DNA of 64,000 bases. Origin: Chiloscyllium plagiosum (Eukaryota). The DNA lies in assembly GCF_004010195.1 (NCBI RefSeq), contig NC_057754.1, positions 6,688,127 through 6,752,126 of the forward strand. Reading direction: 5' to 3'. This document shows, in pieces, positions 1-12,560 of this stretch. The notes under the pieces are model-generated. The model worked only from the letters and a program-made list of their open reading frames with translations. It had not been told where the DNA came from and made no database searches. The translations under genes and the position numbers were made by a program. Every line of letters starts with the position of its first letter. Positions within the stretch are counted from its first letter, which is position 1.

Positions 1-283
1 CCCTAACCTGCACATCCCTGGGCACTATGGCACAATTTAGCACGGCCAATCCACCCTAACCTGCACATCCCTGGGCACTATGGGACAATTTAGCACGGCC
101 AATCCACCCTAACCCGCACATCTTTGGACTGTGGGAGGAAACCGGAGCACCCGGTGGAAACCCCACACAGACACAGGGGGAGAATTGTGCAAACTCCACA
201 CAGACAGTCGCCCGAGGCTTGGATCAAATCCGAGTCCCTGGTGCTGTGAGGCAGCAGTGCTGATACCTGAGTCACTGTGCCAC
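1..283 (-). mobile_element. HE1/V-SINE-type tRNA-derived SINE with internal 53-bp tandem units
   Basis: Reverse complement shows tRNA-like head (GGCACAGTG...CAGCACTGCTGCCTCACAGC), V-domain-like core (TGTGTGGAGTTTGCAC...CCTCCCACAGTCCAAAGATGTGC) and repeated GGTTAGGGTGGATTGGCCGTGCTAAATTG. Confidence 0.85.
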
Positions 284-289
284 TTAACG

Positions 290-450
290 GGGTTAGAGTT
301 ATAGCGATGCACAGCACAGAAACAGACCCTTTGGTCTGACTCGTCCATGCCGACCAGATATCCTGGATTAATCTAATTCCATTTGCCAGCACTTGGCCCA
401 TGTCCCTCTGAGCTCTTCCTATTCACACACCTTCTAAATGTTGTCATGTC
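290..450 (-). mobile_element. CR1 LINE 3' end fragment
   Basis: Reverse complement of CR1 3' UTR tail (AAGGGTCTGTTTCTGTGCTGT...ACTCT). Confidence 0.8.
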
Positions 451-1268
451 TAGGAGAGTATTGGAGAGGATTCTGAGAGACAAGATTTACGACTATTTGG
501 AAAACCAAGGTCGAACTTGAATGCAGATTGCAGGGTTTAAGGCAGGACTCTTGGCAGTGTGGAGGAACAGAACAATCTTGGGGTCCACATCCATAGATCC
601 CTCAAAGTTGCCACCCAGGTTGATGGGGTTATTAAGAGGGCGTATGATCTGTTGGTTTTCATTAGCAAGGGATTGAGTTTAAGAGCCGTGAGGTTATGCT
701 GCAGCTCTGTAGAACCCTGGTTATACCGCACTTGGAATATTGTGTTCGGTTCTGGTCACCTGATTATAGGAAGGATGTGGAAGCTTTCGAGAGGGTGCAT
801 AGGGTATTTACTCGGATGCTGCCTGGACTGGAGGGCATGACTTATGAAGAAAGGTTGAGGGAGTTAGGGCTTTTCTTAATGGAGTGAAGAAAGACGAGAG
901 GTGACTTGATAGAGGTGTACAAGATGTGGAGAGGCATAGATAGAGTGGAAATAGGGACCATTTCCCAAGGTGGAAATGTCTATCACGAGGAGTCATAATT
1001 TTAAGGTGATTGGAGGCAGGTATCGGGGAGATGTCAGAGGTAGGTTCTTTACTCAGAGAGTGGTGGGTGCATGGAATGCACGGCCAGCAGTGGGAGTAGA
1101 GTCAGAGACATGAGGGACATTTAAGCGACTCTTGGATAGGTTCATGGATAACAGTAAAGTGAAGGGTGTGTAGGTCAGTCTGATCATGGAGTAGGATGAA
1201 AGGTCAGCAGAACATCAAGGGCCGAAGGACCTATACTGTGCTGTACTGTTCTATGTTCTATATTCTAG
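451..1268 (+). mobile_element. CR1 LINE 3' fragment, frameshifted ORF2 C-terminus
   Basis: ORF peptides LGVHIHRSLKVATQVD and PHLEYCVRFWSP..KDVEAFERV; ends in TGTTCTATGTTCTA tail. Confidence 0.9.
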
Positions 1269-1269
1269 A

Positions 1270-1975
1270 GTACCATCCTCCACCACTTCCTCTGGCAGCT
1301 CATTCCATACACGTACCATCCTCTGTGTGAAAAAGTTGCCCCCAAGGTCCCTTTTTCTCCCTCACCTTAAACCTAATGCCCTCTAGTTTTGGACTCCCCC
1401 ACCTTGGGGAAAAGACCTTTTCTATTTATCCTATCCATGCCCCTTGTAATTTTATAAACCTCTACAAGGTCGCCCCTCAGCCTCCAAAGCTCCAGGGGGG
1501 AAAAATGTCCTGGCCTATCCAGCCTCTCCTTACAACCCAAATCCTCCATTCCTGGCAACATCCTGGTCAATCTCTTCTGACCCCTCTCCAGTTTAATAAC
1601 ATCCTTCCCGTAACAGGGCGACCAGAATGGGACACAGTACTCCTGACGAGGCCTCACCAATGTCCTGTACAACCCCAACATGACGTCCTATCTCCAATAC
1701 TCAATGGTCTGAGCAATGAAGGCAAGCGTGCTAAGCACCTTTTTAACCACTCTGGCCATATATGATGCAAACTTCAAAGAGTGATGTACCTGAACCCAAA
1801 GGTCTCTCTGTTCTACAACACTCCCCAGGGCCCTACCTTTCACTGTGTAAGTCTTGTCTCTGTTGCTTTTACCAAATGCAACAATTTGCATTCATCCAAA
1901 CTGAACTCCACCTGCCACTCCTCAGCCCAGTGACCTAATTGATCAAGATCTCTTTGCAATCTTAGAAAACCTTGC
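1270..1975 (-). mobile_element. CR1 LINE fragment
   Basis: LYRTLVRPRQEYCVPFWSP...LRGDLVEVYKI on minus strand. Confidence 0.9.
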
Positions 1976-2358
1976 GTTGGCAGAGACGTAAATCATCATT
2001 TATTTTATTTTTCGATGGGACGTGGGTGTCGCCGGCTGGGCACAGGATTTATTGCCCCGTCCCTAGTTGCCCCCCATTGAGAAGGTGGGGGTGAGCTGCC
2101 ATCTTGAATCGCTGCAGTCCGTGTGCTGTGGGTAATGCCCTGACAGAGGGAAATTCCAGGATTGGCCGATACATTTACAAGTCGGAACGGGGAGTGGTGG
2201 GAACTTGCAGGGAGGGTGGTGTTCCCATGTATCTCCTGCCCTCATCCTTTTCAGTAGTTACCGCTGAAGAATAAGATTGGCGTGGCACTGAAGGAATCAA
2301 TACACCCTAGATGTTGATATCAATACATATTACAGTCAAAATGCTCAAGCTAAGAAAT

Positions 2359-2875
2359 GCGGCACAGTGGCTACCTCACGGCGCCAGGGACCCGGGTTAG
2401 ATCCCACCCTCGGGGACTGTCCGTGTGGAATTTGCACATTCTCCCCGTGTCTTTGCGGGTTTCCTCCGGGTGCTTCGGTTTCATCCCAGAGTCCAAAGAT
2501 GTGCAGGTTAGGGTGGATTGGCCGTGCTAAGTTGTCCCATAGTGCCCAGGGATGTGCAGGTTAGGGTGGATTGGCCGTGCTAAATTGTCCCACAATGTCC
2601 AGTGATGTACAGGTTTGGGTGGATTGGCCGTGCTAAATTGTCCCATAGTGCCCAGGGATGTGCAGGTTAGGGTGGATTGGCCGTGCTAAATTGTCCCACA
2701 GTGTCCAGTGATGTGCAGGTGAGAGGATGTTGGCCATAATGTGTAGGTTAGGTGCATTAGTCAGGGGTAATTACAGGGGAGGGGATTGGGTCTGGGCGGG
2801 CTACTCTTCGGAGGGTCATTGTGGACTGGTTGGGCCAAATGGCCTGTTTCCACACTGTAGGGATTCCATGATTCT
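2359..2875 (+). mobile_element. HE1/V-SINE with about 5 copies of the 53-bp internal unit
   Basis: tRNA-like head, V-domain, tandem units, CR1-like tail GGCCTGTTTCCACACTGTAGGGATTC. Confidence 0.85.
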
Positions 2876-3672
2876 ACATAGGGTTTCTCTGCATGCAGTA
2901 ATGTGTACCGTGCTTCCCTCAGCATGCCATGCTTCAAGCAGTTACAATTATGATGGAGACTGAGACCTTCCATCTGCAAATGATGTGATGACAAAATCCC
3001 CAGAGAGTATGTTGGAATTTAGTTTTGAAGCAGGACACAGAGCGTCAATGGCGGCAAACAAGCGGTGAGGGGAGGGATATTGTTTCATGGGATGCGGGAG
3101 TTGCCAAACAAGTCAATTTGTAATCGATCTCCGAGTGGTAGCAAGTGGTTCGCTCTGCCATTTCAAGCAGACCAGGATAGTAGATTGGCCTCCTGACAGG
3201 GAGCCAATGAGCGATGGTTCCTTAAACGACGCCTGACAGTGGTTGTCATGGTCACCCTGGCGGAAATCCAGTTGAAATGGAGTTTGAGCTCCACCAGCTG
3301 CTGTGTGGGATTTGAAGTTATTCCATCAGAGACAGCATGGGAGAGATTTACTAGAATGGTTCCCAGGCGGAAGGAATAGATTTATTTCATTTCAGGCCAG
3401 TGAACAATTCGTCCCTCATGATTTGTCAAGGTTTAATACAGAAGGACAGCTGAGTTCAGTCCATAAATGGTACGCTAATCTTCGAACCAACTCATGCTCA
3501 TCACTTCTTCATCAAACAGCTTGGTCATGGCTTTGCTCACTTTGCTGTTCAAACCTTCAAACCCCTGAAAGTTACATGTTGCTTTCAGCAAGGTGACGAA
3601 ATATGCTTCGCGTCTTTCCATTTTAGGGAACTGACCTTTCCCTCAGTCTCTGAGGAGTTCAAAGACGGGAAA

Positions 3673-4012
3673 GACATTCAATGGTGTTACCGTCACTGAA
3701 TCTAACCATCACCCCCTTGACATTCAATTATGTTACCATCACTGAATCTAACCATCACCCCCTTGACTTTCAATGGTATTACCATCACTGAATCTAACCA
3801 TTGCCCCTTGACATTTAATGGTGTTACCATCACTGAATCTAACCATTGTCCCCTTGACATTCAATGGTGTTCCCATCACTGAATCTAACTATCGCCCCCT
3901 TGACGTTCAATGGTGTTACTATCACTGAATTTAACCATCATCCCTTGACATTCAATGGTGTTACCATCACTGAATCTAACCATCTCCACCTTGACATTCA
4001 ATGGTTTTACCA
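3673..4012 (+). repeat. 45/46-bp minisatellite (about 7.5 copies) from a LINE segment
   Basis: Unit TTGACATTCAATGGTGTTACCATCACTGAATCTAACCATCACCCC starts at 3717, 3763, 3808, 3854, 3900, 3945, 3991. Confidence 0.9.
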
Positions 4013-4029
4013 TCATGCGCTATCGGCAT

Positions 4030-4632
4030 CATGGCAGAATCTCGATTGGACTCACCATATAGACACAGTGGCACTAAGAGCAGATCAGAGGCTGGGCATC
4101 CTGCAGTGAGTAACTCACCTCCTGACTCTCCCAAAGCCTGTCCCATCATCGACAAGGCACAAGTCAGGAGGGTGAGGGAATACTCCCCACTTGCCCCTGG
4201 ATGGGAGGGCAGCTCCAATAACACTCAAGATGCTCAACACCATCCAGGGACAAAGCAGACCCCGCTCGATTGGCACCACATCCACTCCCTCCTTCACCAA
4301 CGCTCAGTAGCAGCAGTGTGTACCATCTACAAGACGCACTGCAGCAACTCCCCGAGGCTCCTCAGGCAGCACCCTCCAAACCCACGACCACATCTATTCG
4401 GAAGGACAAGGGGCAACAGATACATGGGAACACCACCCCACTGCAAGTTCCCTTCAAGCCATTCCCCATCCTTCAGTGTTGTTGGGTCAAAATGCTGGAA
4501 CTCCTTCCCCATCTCACAGCAGATGGACTGCAGCATTTAAGAAGGCAGTCCAGGGCTCTCTTGTCAAGGGGGCAACTGGGGATGGGCGATCAATGCTAGC
4601 ATGGCCAGAGATGTCCCTGTCCTGTGACTGAA
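4030..4632 (+). mobile_element. CR1/L2-clade LINE 3' fragment (second family)
   Basis: Homologous to 37420-38090 and 55990-56590; the last of these carries RT motifs. Confidence 0.7.
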
Positions 4633-4894
4633 AACGTTTTGCAAACACTTGCAAAATGCTTCTGACAATCCACATCCAGTAATTCTGTCAACTTGGCGTG
4701 GTTGTAGGTGGGAAGATGTTGAGAGGAATATAACTCGCAGATAATTTTCGACCGTTAACTTAGCCAAGCCTTCTGCCAGGTTGGCTGTGAACTAACTTCA
4801 AAATATTTGTGAGGAGAGATCTGGCTGGGGAGGGAGCAGTTCAGTATCGTCGTCGTGGGCAAAATTTAAGCACAGTCACCTCCCGTGATGTAGC

Positions 4895-5490
4895 ATCATT
4901 GAATCCTACAGCACGGAGACAGGCCCTTTGGCCCAAACTGGTCCATGCTGACCAAAATGACCGTCCACGCTAACCTCATTTCTCTGCATTTGGCCCATTT
5001 CCTTCTAACTCTTTCCTATCCATGGATTTGTCCAAATACCTTTTAAATGTAGTTAATGTACCCACCTCAACCACTTCCACTGGCAGCTCATTCCATCTGC
5101 GCACCACCCTCTGGGTAAAATGTTGCCCCTCAGGTTTCCTTTTATTCTTTCCCCTCTCACCTTAAACTGATGCCCTCTAGTCCTCGATTCCCCGACCCTG
5201 GGGAAAAGACTGAGTGCGTTCACCCCATCCATGCCTCTCATGATCTTGTACACCTGTATAAGGTCCCCCCTCAGTCTCCTACGCTCTAAAGGAAACAGTC
5301 CTCGCTTGTCCAACCTCTCCCTATAACTCAGACCCTTGAGTCATGACAACATCCTTGTAAATTCCTTCTGCACTCTTTCCAGTTTAATAACATCCTTCCT
5401 ATCGCACGGGGACCAAAACTGAACACAGTACTCCAAGTGCGGCCTCACCAACGTCCTGTACAACTGCATCATAACTTCCCAAGTTCTTCA
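4895..5490 (-). mobile_element. CR1 LINE 3' fragment
   Basis: LERRRLRGDLIQVYKIMRG...SRTRGH on minus strand. Confidence 0.9.
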
Positions 5491-5621
5491 ACAGAGCTTT
5501 GGGATCACAGTGTGGATTCCTTCAGTTTCCAAGAGAATCTAATTTTTCACGGGAGAGAGGGTGGAAGGGATACCTCATACATTGGCGCTCTGTAAATGCA
5601 GCAGGGCTGTTTGAACATTGG

Positions 5622-5990
5622 TGACAACAAACAAGTGCTGGAGATCACAGCAAGTCGGGCAGCACCCACGGAGAGAGAGCGAGCTGACATCTTGAGTCTC
5701 GATAACTCTTCATCCCAACTGACGTGTGGAGGGAGCAGCATTTATGTAATAATAATGAGGGGAGGTGGAGTGCTAGGGGGAGAAAGGATGGTTCACATTA
5801 ACTGATCAGAATGTGAGAATGGCAGAACAATGGTTTGTCTAACCGCCAGACTGGAAAGGGGATAGACAATTCCACTGGGGTAGGGGAGAGAAGGTGACAA
5901 AGAATTGAAGGGGAGGGAATGCGAGTGGGTTCACTGTTTGAAGGTGATGAACTCAATATTAAGTGCAGAAGGTTGTGAAGTGCTTTAACT
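5622..5990 (-). mobile_element. Degenerate Penelope-like element 3' fragment
   Basis: Minus strand reads QPSALNIEF (compare GTLQPQGMNxDF in the clearer copies), followed by a decayed hammerhead-like terminal segment at about 5680-5720. Confidence 0.5.
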
Positions 5991-6019
5991 TGGTGGTGGG
6001 TTCCATTGTACACAGTATT

Positions 6020-6460
6020 GGGCCCCATATCTCATGAAGGATGTACTACCCCTCAGAGGAGGGACGTTTGAGGACTCTGGGTCTATACCCGATGGAGTTT
6101 AGAAGGATAAGAGGGGAATCTGATTGAAACTTTCAGAATACCAAACGGCCTGCTCAGTGGGGATGTTGGGAAGATGTTCTCATTGGTAGGAGAGACTAGG
6201 AGCTGAGGTTACAGCCTTAGAGTGAAGGGAAGATCCTTTAGAACAGAGATAAGGAGAAACGTCTTCAGCCAGAGAGTGGGGAATTCACTGCCACTGAAGG
6301 CTGTGGAGGCCAGTCCATTCAAGACTAGATAGAGACATTCTTGAGTATCAAGGGTTAGCGGGAGAAAGCAGGATAATGGGGTTGAGAAACGTACCAGCCA
6401 TGATTGAATAGCAGTGCAGACTCAATGGGCTGAATGGCCTAATTTCTGCTCCTTTGTCTT
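6020..6460 (+). mobile_element. CR1 LINE 3' fragment (older subfamily)
   Basis: TTTAGAAGGATAAGAGGGGAATCTGATTGAAAC...GGGCTGAATGGCCTAATTTCTGCTCC tail. Confidence 0.75.
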
Positions 6461-7616
6461 ATTTTCACTGTTTCCTACCCACAATGCAAATGGGCAGAGT
6501 TCATATAAGCACTATCGAGGGAACAGTAAGTGCCGATTATGGATCTGATATCTCAAAATCGCCACTGTCTTTTGAAGTTGATTGAAAAAAATTGTCAGTG
6601 ATTGTTAAAAAATTCTCACCTGGTCCGCTTCAATTTACAGGCCATCTGGTGTAGTTCAGACAATGTGACATTCTGATCATATCACTGCAATAAAGCCCTT
6701 TCTGAGAGATCTCACGAGGGCTGTTGTTATGGCTTCACACACATTCAGCTGCGGTTCAAAAGCTACAATTATCTCAGCCGGGGGCTACTGAGTTTACCGT
6801 TTGATTAAGAAGTTAAAGAGGCTATTAAAGGATCAGTGTCATTGGTACGGGGGTGTGAATGGAAAATTATTTGTGTCTTTCAGAGGGGAATCAACTGAGG
6901 AGATTTTAAAGTTTTGAACAGGCTTCCTGAGTGCGAATTTTGTTCCCTATAAGTCTGTATGTGTGAGAGCAGACAATAACGAAGGCAAACCAAATGTTGG
7001 ATGTTCGGATAAGTACATGAATAAGAAATGTTAGGAAGGATATAGGCCAAGTGCAGGCGGTGGGACTGATGTAGTTTGGGAATATGGTCAACATGGACTG
7101 GTTGGACCGAAGGGTCTGTTTCTGTGCTGGATGACTCTATGACTGTGACTCGATAAAGAGAGGGTTGGATACAGGTTGTCTTGCTGCCATCGTACAGGGT
7201 GAGATCACCACCTGGGGTATTGTGAGCAGTATGGGGGTCTCCGTATCTGAGGAAGGATGTTCTGGTGACAGAGGGAGTGCAGTGATTCCTAGACTGATTC
7301 CCGGGATGGCGGGACTGACATATGAGGAGAGACTGGTGGGGAGGAGGGGGCACAGAAGTGACCCTGGAGTGGGGGCAAGCGGAACTTGGAGGGGTGGGAT
7401 GGGTGGGTGCAAGAGGAACGCGTGTGGTCACGGGGAGTGAGATGGCTTGGGGGGTGGAGTGGGGCAAGGGTACATGCAGGAACCATGGAAATACCAGTGT
7501 GAGGACAGGGTGATCAGCTGAGGGGATAGACTCCGAAGAAAGCCAATAGTAACTGGAACAAAGTTGGCACAAAGCATGAAGAATGGAGGTTAAAATGCAG
7601 GCGAGGTGCAGGGAAA

Positions 7617-7811
7617 AGCAAGGCAGGCAGCATCAGGATGGACCGGCAGGAGGCTGGGGAACACAGCAAGGCAGGCAGCATCAGGAGGGACAGGCAGGAG
7701 GCTGGGGAACACAACAAGGCAGGCAGCATCAGGAGGGACAGGCAGGAGGCTGGGGGAACACAGCAAGGCAGGCAGCATCAGGAGGGACAGGCGGGAGGCT
7801 GAGGGAACACA
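7617..7811 (+). repeat. 48-bp tandem repeat, 4 copies
   Basis: Unit GCAAGGCAGGCAGCATCAGGAGGGACAGGCAGGAGGCTGGGGAACACA. Confidence 0.9.
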
Positions 7812-8664
7812 AACCTTACCTTGGAAATCTCCAAACCTTACCTGGCCTGGCTACCCCAGACCTATAGCAAACAGTTGACTCTTCGCCATCCTCTGGGCAG
7901 TTAGGGTCAGGGCACCGAACGCTGGCCCTTAGCCCATCTCCTGATAAATGAATTATGGAAAAGTTGGGAATCCAGAGAGTGGGATTTGGATGGGAGGAGG
8001 GCAACAGGATTGGGTAAGGTAACTCCGCATTTAAGGGGCACGAAACTTGGCCAAGGCACGAGAGGGAAAGGAAACGGTGATGAAGGAGGTGGGCTTGGGG
8101 AGCTGGGGAAGGTGGGGAGGACACTCCTGGGGGAGCAGCAAGGCCAGAAAGGGACCGATAGTGTGAACAGCCGAGACGTGGTTGGGGGGGGGGGAAGGCA
8201 AGCCCTGTGAAAAATGCAAGCAGTACGGAACACGGGAGAGACCAGATGGTTGAAAGCAGCAAGGCATTAATCACAGTGACAGCCCAGGACCCAGCGTTTT
8301 CGCAGAGATCCCAGTTCTCCGAGTGGGCTGCTGTCCAAACCTGCTCACAAACAATCATGTGGCGCCGCCAAGAGACAAGCCAATCACTGCGCAGCCCTCC
8401 CACCACCAGCCCTGGGGAGGGGGGTGGTGCCGGGACAATGCCAGGAAACCCTTTTGCCAGGCGGCGGACCAAGCCAGCACCCAAGAGACTGACTGTGAAA
8501 ACCGTGACTTCACATTCAGTCGGCTTGATCATCGTTTTCCATCACTACATCAGGGAGGGGGGTGCGGGGGGGAGGGGAGCATCAGGCAGGGAGAACACCC
8601 TTCTGAAAGCCGCTGAGCTCTGAGGGCCAAGTTTAATCACCCAAATTCAAAGCGTGCACTCACG

Positions 8665-9295
8665 TGGGGTGGATTGGCTCTGCTGCCTCACAGCGCTAGG
8701 GACCCGGGTTCGATTCCCACCTTCGAGCGACTGTCTGTGTGGAGTTTGCACATTCTCCCCCCGTGTTTGCATGGGGTTTCCTGCCACAGTCCAAAGATGT
8801 GCAGGTTAGGGTGGATTGGCCGTGCTAAATTGTCCCATAGTGCCCAGGGATGTGCAGGTTAGGGTGGATTGGCCGTGCTAAATTGTCCCATAGTGCCCAG
8901 GGATGTGCAGGTTAGGGTGGATTGGCCGTGCTAAATTGTCCCATAGTGCCCAGGGATGTGCAGGTTAGGGTGGATTGGCCGTGCTAAATTGTCCCATAGT
9001 GCCCAGGGATGTGCAGGTTAGGGTGGATTGGCCGTGCTAAATTGTCCCATAGTGCCCAGGGATGTGCAGGTTAGGGTGGATTGGCCGTGCTAAATTGTCC
9101 CATAGTGCCCAGGGATGTGCAGGTTAGGGTGGATTGGCCGTGCTAAATTGTCCCATAGTGCCCAGGGATGTGCAGGTTAGGGTGGATTGGCCATGGCAAA
9201 TGCAGGTTTACAGAGACAGGGTAGGGGGAAAGGGGGTCAGTATTGACTTGATAGGCTGAATAGCCTGCTTCCACAGTGGAGGGATTCTCTGATTA
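8665..9295 (+). mobile_element. HE1/V-SINE with near-perfect array of about 7.5 x 53 bp
   Basis: B-box-like GGTTCGATTCCC at about 8707; units start at 8796, 8849, and so on to about 9195. Confidence 0.9.
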
Positions 9296-9829
9296 AAGTC
9301 TCCCATGATTAATGCACTGCTTTCGTTCCATGTCCTCATTATCTCCTGATTTATTCTCTGTCCCACCTTGTTCCTACAGTTAGGGAGTTCATACTCCCAC
9401 TGGGCAGGGTTGTTTCCCTTTTATTGATGCCTTCTGCCACCTCTCTGGATTCTACATCTTCCAATCCAAGATCATTTCTTGTTACTATGCTGAGGTCATC
9501 CTGACCCAACCATCCTAGTCTACCTCTCTTTCCCTTTGGTGTCCTTGCAAAAAGTGCTGAAATGTAGATGCTAGCTTTAATCTGACAGTAACTAGGTCTG
9601 TAATGACTGTAAAATCATACCTGCTGACCTCCATCAGTGACCTGAATTCAATTAGTTTATTCTGAATATGATGCTGGTTTAAGTGAAGTTGAATTCATTC
9701 CCCCCTTTTTGTTCTCTTCTCCCTTTGACCCGACTTGTTGCTGGCTTTTCTTGGTTGTAGACTCTATCCCTTCCTGTCCGACTGATACAGGGGAGTGTCA
9801 GTGCCTGAGAGTTCCCGAATGAGCCCCCC

Positions 9830-9957
9830 CACGCATGCACACACAAACAGGTATGCATATGTGAGCACACACACACACACACAAAGCACAAGCATACATA
9901 CACACACAGGCATGTGCACACACACACAACAGGCATGCATACGTGAGCACACACACA
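9830..9957. repeat. Degenerate (CA)n microsatellite abutting gap
   Basis: Direct reading. Confidence 0.9.
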
Positions 9958-10165
9958 NNNNNNNNNNNNNNNNNNNNNNNNNNNNNNNNNNNNNNNNNNN
10001 NNNNNNNNNNNNNNNNNNNNNNNNNNNNNNNNNNNNNNNNNNNNNNNNNNNNNNNNNNNNNNNNNNNNNNNNNNNNNNNNNNNNNNNNNNNNNNNNNNNN
10101 NNNNNNNNNNNNNNNNNNNNNNNNNNNNNNNNNNNNNNNNNNNNNNNNNNNNNNNNNNNNNNNNN

Positions 10166-10690
10166 GCCCTGACTGATGAAGGCCAGTGTACCAAAAGCCT
10201 TCCTCACTGCCCTGTCTAACTGGGACTCCACTCTCAGAGAACCGTGCACCTGAACTCCAAGGTCCCTCTGTCCCACTACACTCCTTAAGGCCCTACCATT
10301 CACCATGAAACTCCTGCCTTGATTTGACTTTCCAAAGTACAGCAGCTCACACTTGTCTGTGTTAACTCCATTTGCCGTTTCCCGGCCCACATCCCCGGAT
10401 GATCAAGGTCCTGCAGCAATTTCTGGTAACCTTCCTCACTTTCCACGATCCCGCCTGTTTTAGTGTCATCTGCAAACTTACTAATCATTCCTTGTACATT
10501 CTCATCCAAATCATTGATATCGATAACAAACAGCAATGGGCCCAGCACCAACTCCTGAGGCACTCCACTAGTCACAGGTCTCCAATCTCCCTTCCACTAT
10601 TACCCTCTGCTTCCTACCATCAAACCAATTGTGTATCCAATTTGCTAGCTACCTCTGGATTCCATGTGATCTAACCCTCCAGAGCAGCGT
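10166..10690 (-). mobile_element. CR1 ORF2 reverse transcriptase fragment
   Basis: TSGVPQELVLGPLLF...INDLD...ISKFADDTK. Confidence 0.95.
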
Positions 10691-11429
10691 GTCATACTGA
10701 AATCCATATAGACTGTGTTGACCTCGATGGGCCAAATGGCCCCTTTCCACACTGTCGGCATTCTTTGATTCTCTGAACAGGGCCAGACTAACCTCACAGA
10801 AAACAAGACTATTTAAAAGCATACTTCTCATTCTCTGCACACCGAGTGGCACAGTGTAAAATTCACTGTCAGTACATCTGTGCAGATCACTGCAATTTAT
10901 AACAGAATCATTAAAGTGAGCAGAAAATGAACTAAACTCTTTGATAAAATGGCAGGTCAGAGCAACATCCCAGTTAGTTGATAATATCACATAACGAGAT
11001 TACAATCCTCTTGATGACATTTTCAAACAGTGCTGCTTGTTTAAGACAATGTAGTAGTGTATATTTCAAGTTAATTGGAAAGGGAGTCACACAGAGAACT
11101 GCAAAGGGGTTTTTAAATACAGCGGGCTATTATGATTTGGTGGGTGTGAATTTTAATCGCTTTGGCACTGGAGGGCATGCTGGCGTCTGCCGAGGTGTAG
11201 GGCTCTGGAAATCCCTCCCCAAAATGCTTCTGTCTCCTTGCCCCGTGTTGAATTGTCCTGTTGTGCCCAGGGATGTGCAGGTTAGGGTGGATTGGCCGTG
11301 CTAAATTGTCCCATAGTGCCCAGGGATGTGCAGGTTAGGGTGGATTGGCCGTGCAAACTACACACAGACAGTTACCCGAGGGTGGAGGTGAATTGGGACC
11401 CAGGTGCTGTGAGGCAGCAGTGCTAACCA

Positions 11430-12090
11430 ATATGGCATCATTAGCATCTATTTCGAGAAGTCGAGAATACAAGAACAGGTCAGGCAGCATCCGACGAGCA
11501 GTAGGATCGATGCTTTGGGGATCAACCTGATGAAGGGCTTCTGCCGAAACATTGATTCTCCTGATCCTCGGATGCTGCCTGACCTGTGCTTTTCCAGCAC
11601 CACACCCTCAACTCTGATCTCCAGCATCTGCAATCCTCACTTTCTCCTACAAGAGCAGAGATGTCCCAGGCATGAGGGGCTTGTCGTATGACGAGCAGGC
11701 GAGGACTCTGGGTCTGTACTTGATGGGGTTTAGAAGGATGGGGCGGTAGAGGGATCTGATTGAAACATCCAGAATACTGAGAGGCCTGGATAGAATGGGC
11801 GTGGGGAAGATGTTTAGGAGGGACATAGACCTGAGGGCACAGCCTCAGAGGGAAGGGACCAAGATAGGGAGGAATTTCTCCAGCCAGAGTGGGGAGTGAA
11901 TCTGTGGGACACATTGTCACAGAGGGCTGTGGAGGGCGAGTCACTGAGACAGAGAGAGTTGGGGTCCTGATTGGTGAGTGGGGGGGGCAAAGGGTTACAG
12001 GGAGAAGCCAGGAGAATAGGGTTGAGAAACATATCAGCTAGAACAGATTTGATGGGCCAAATGGTCTCGATCTGCTCCTATATCTGATGG
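11430..12090 (+). mobile_element. CR1 fragment interrupted by an inverted Penelope terminal-repeat pair (about 11475-11650)
   Basis: CR1 3' sequence on both sides; insert is CAGGTCAGGCAGCATCCGA...TCGGATGCTGCCTGACCTG with CTGATGA...GAAAC. Confidence 0.75.
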
Positions 12091-12187
12091 TGTCCAGTGC
12101 AGCAAAGTCGAAGCTGATGAGGGCTTGCAAGGTGGCAATTAAAATCCAAGCTGACTTGAGATCCGCATAGGAAACTACCATTGATTA

Positions 12188-12560
12188 GGAGGGAGCTTTA
12201 CTCTGTATCTAACCCTGTGCTGTCACTCTCCTGGGCGTATTTGATGGGGGGCATTGTAGAGTAAGCTTTACTCTGTATCTAACCCTGTGCTGTCACTCTC
12301 CTGGGCGTGTTTGATGGGGGACAGTGTAGAGTGAGCTTTACTCTGTATCGAACCCCGTGCTGTCCCTGTCCTGGGGAGTGTTTGATGGGGGACAGTGTAG
12401 AGGGAGCTTTACTCTGTATCTAACCCCGTGCTGTCCCTGTCCTGGGGAGCGTTTGATGAGGGACAGTGTAGAGGGAGCTTTACTCTGTATCTAACCCCGT
12501 GCTGTCTCTATTCTGGGAGTGTTTGATGGGAAACAGTGTAGAGGGAGCTTTACTCTGTCT
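12188..12560 (+). repeat. 70/71-bp satellite, about 5.3 copies
   Basis: Unit AGAGGGAGCTTTACTCTGTATCTAACCCCGTGCTGTCCCTGTCCTGGGGAGTGTTTGATGGGGGACAGTGT. Confidence 0.95.

Noticed and set aside
6620..6684. Minus-strand exon-like unit starting with TGA (possible Sec)
   Set aside because: All frames have a stop; no selenoprotein similarity or SECIS recognised
8796..9195. CRISPR-like regular repeats
   Set aside because: Head-to-tail units without unique spacers, no cas genes, vertebrate context
10166..10690. Segmental duplication with 26897-27430
   Set aside because: Similarity confined to CR1 sequence; explained by the same subfamily
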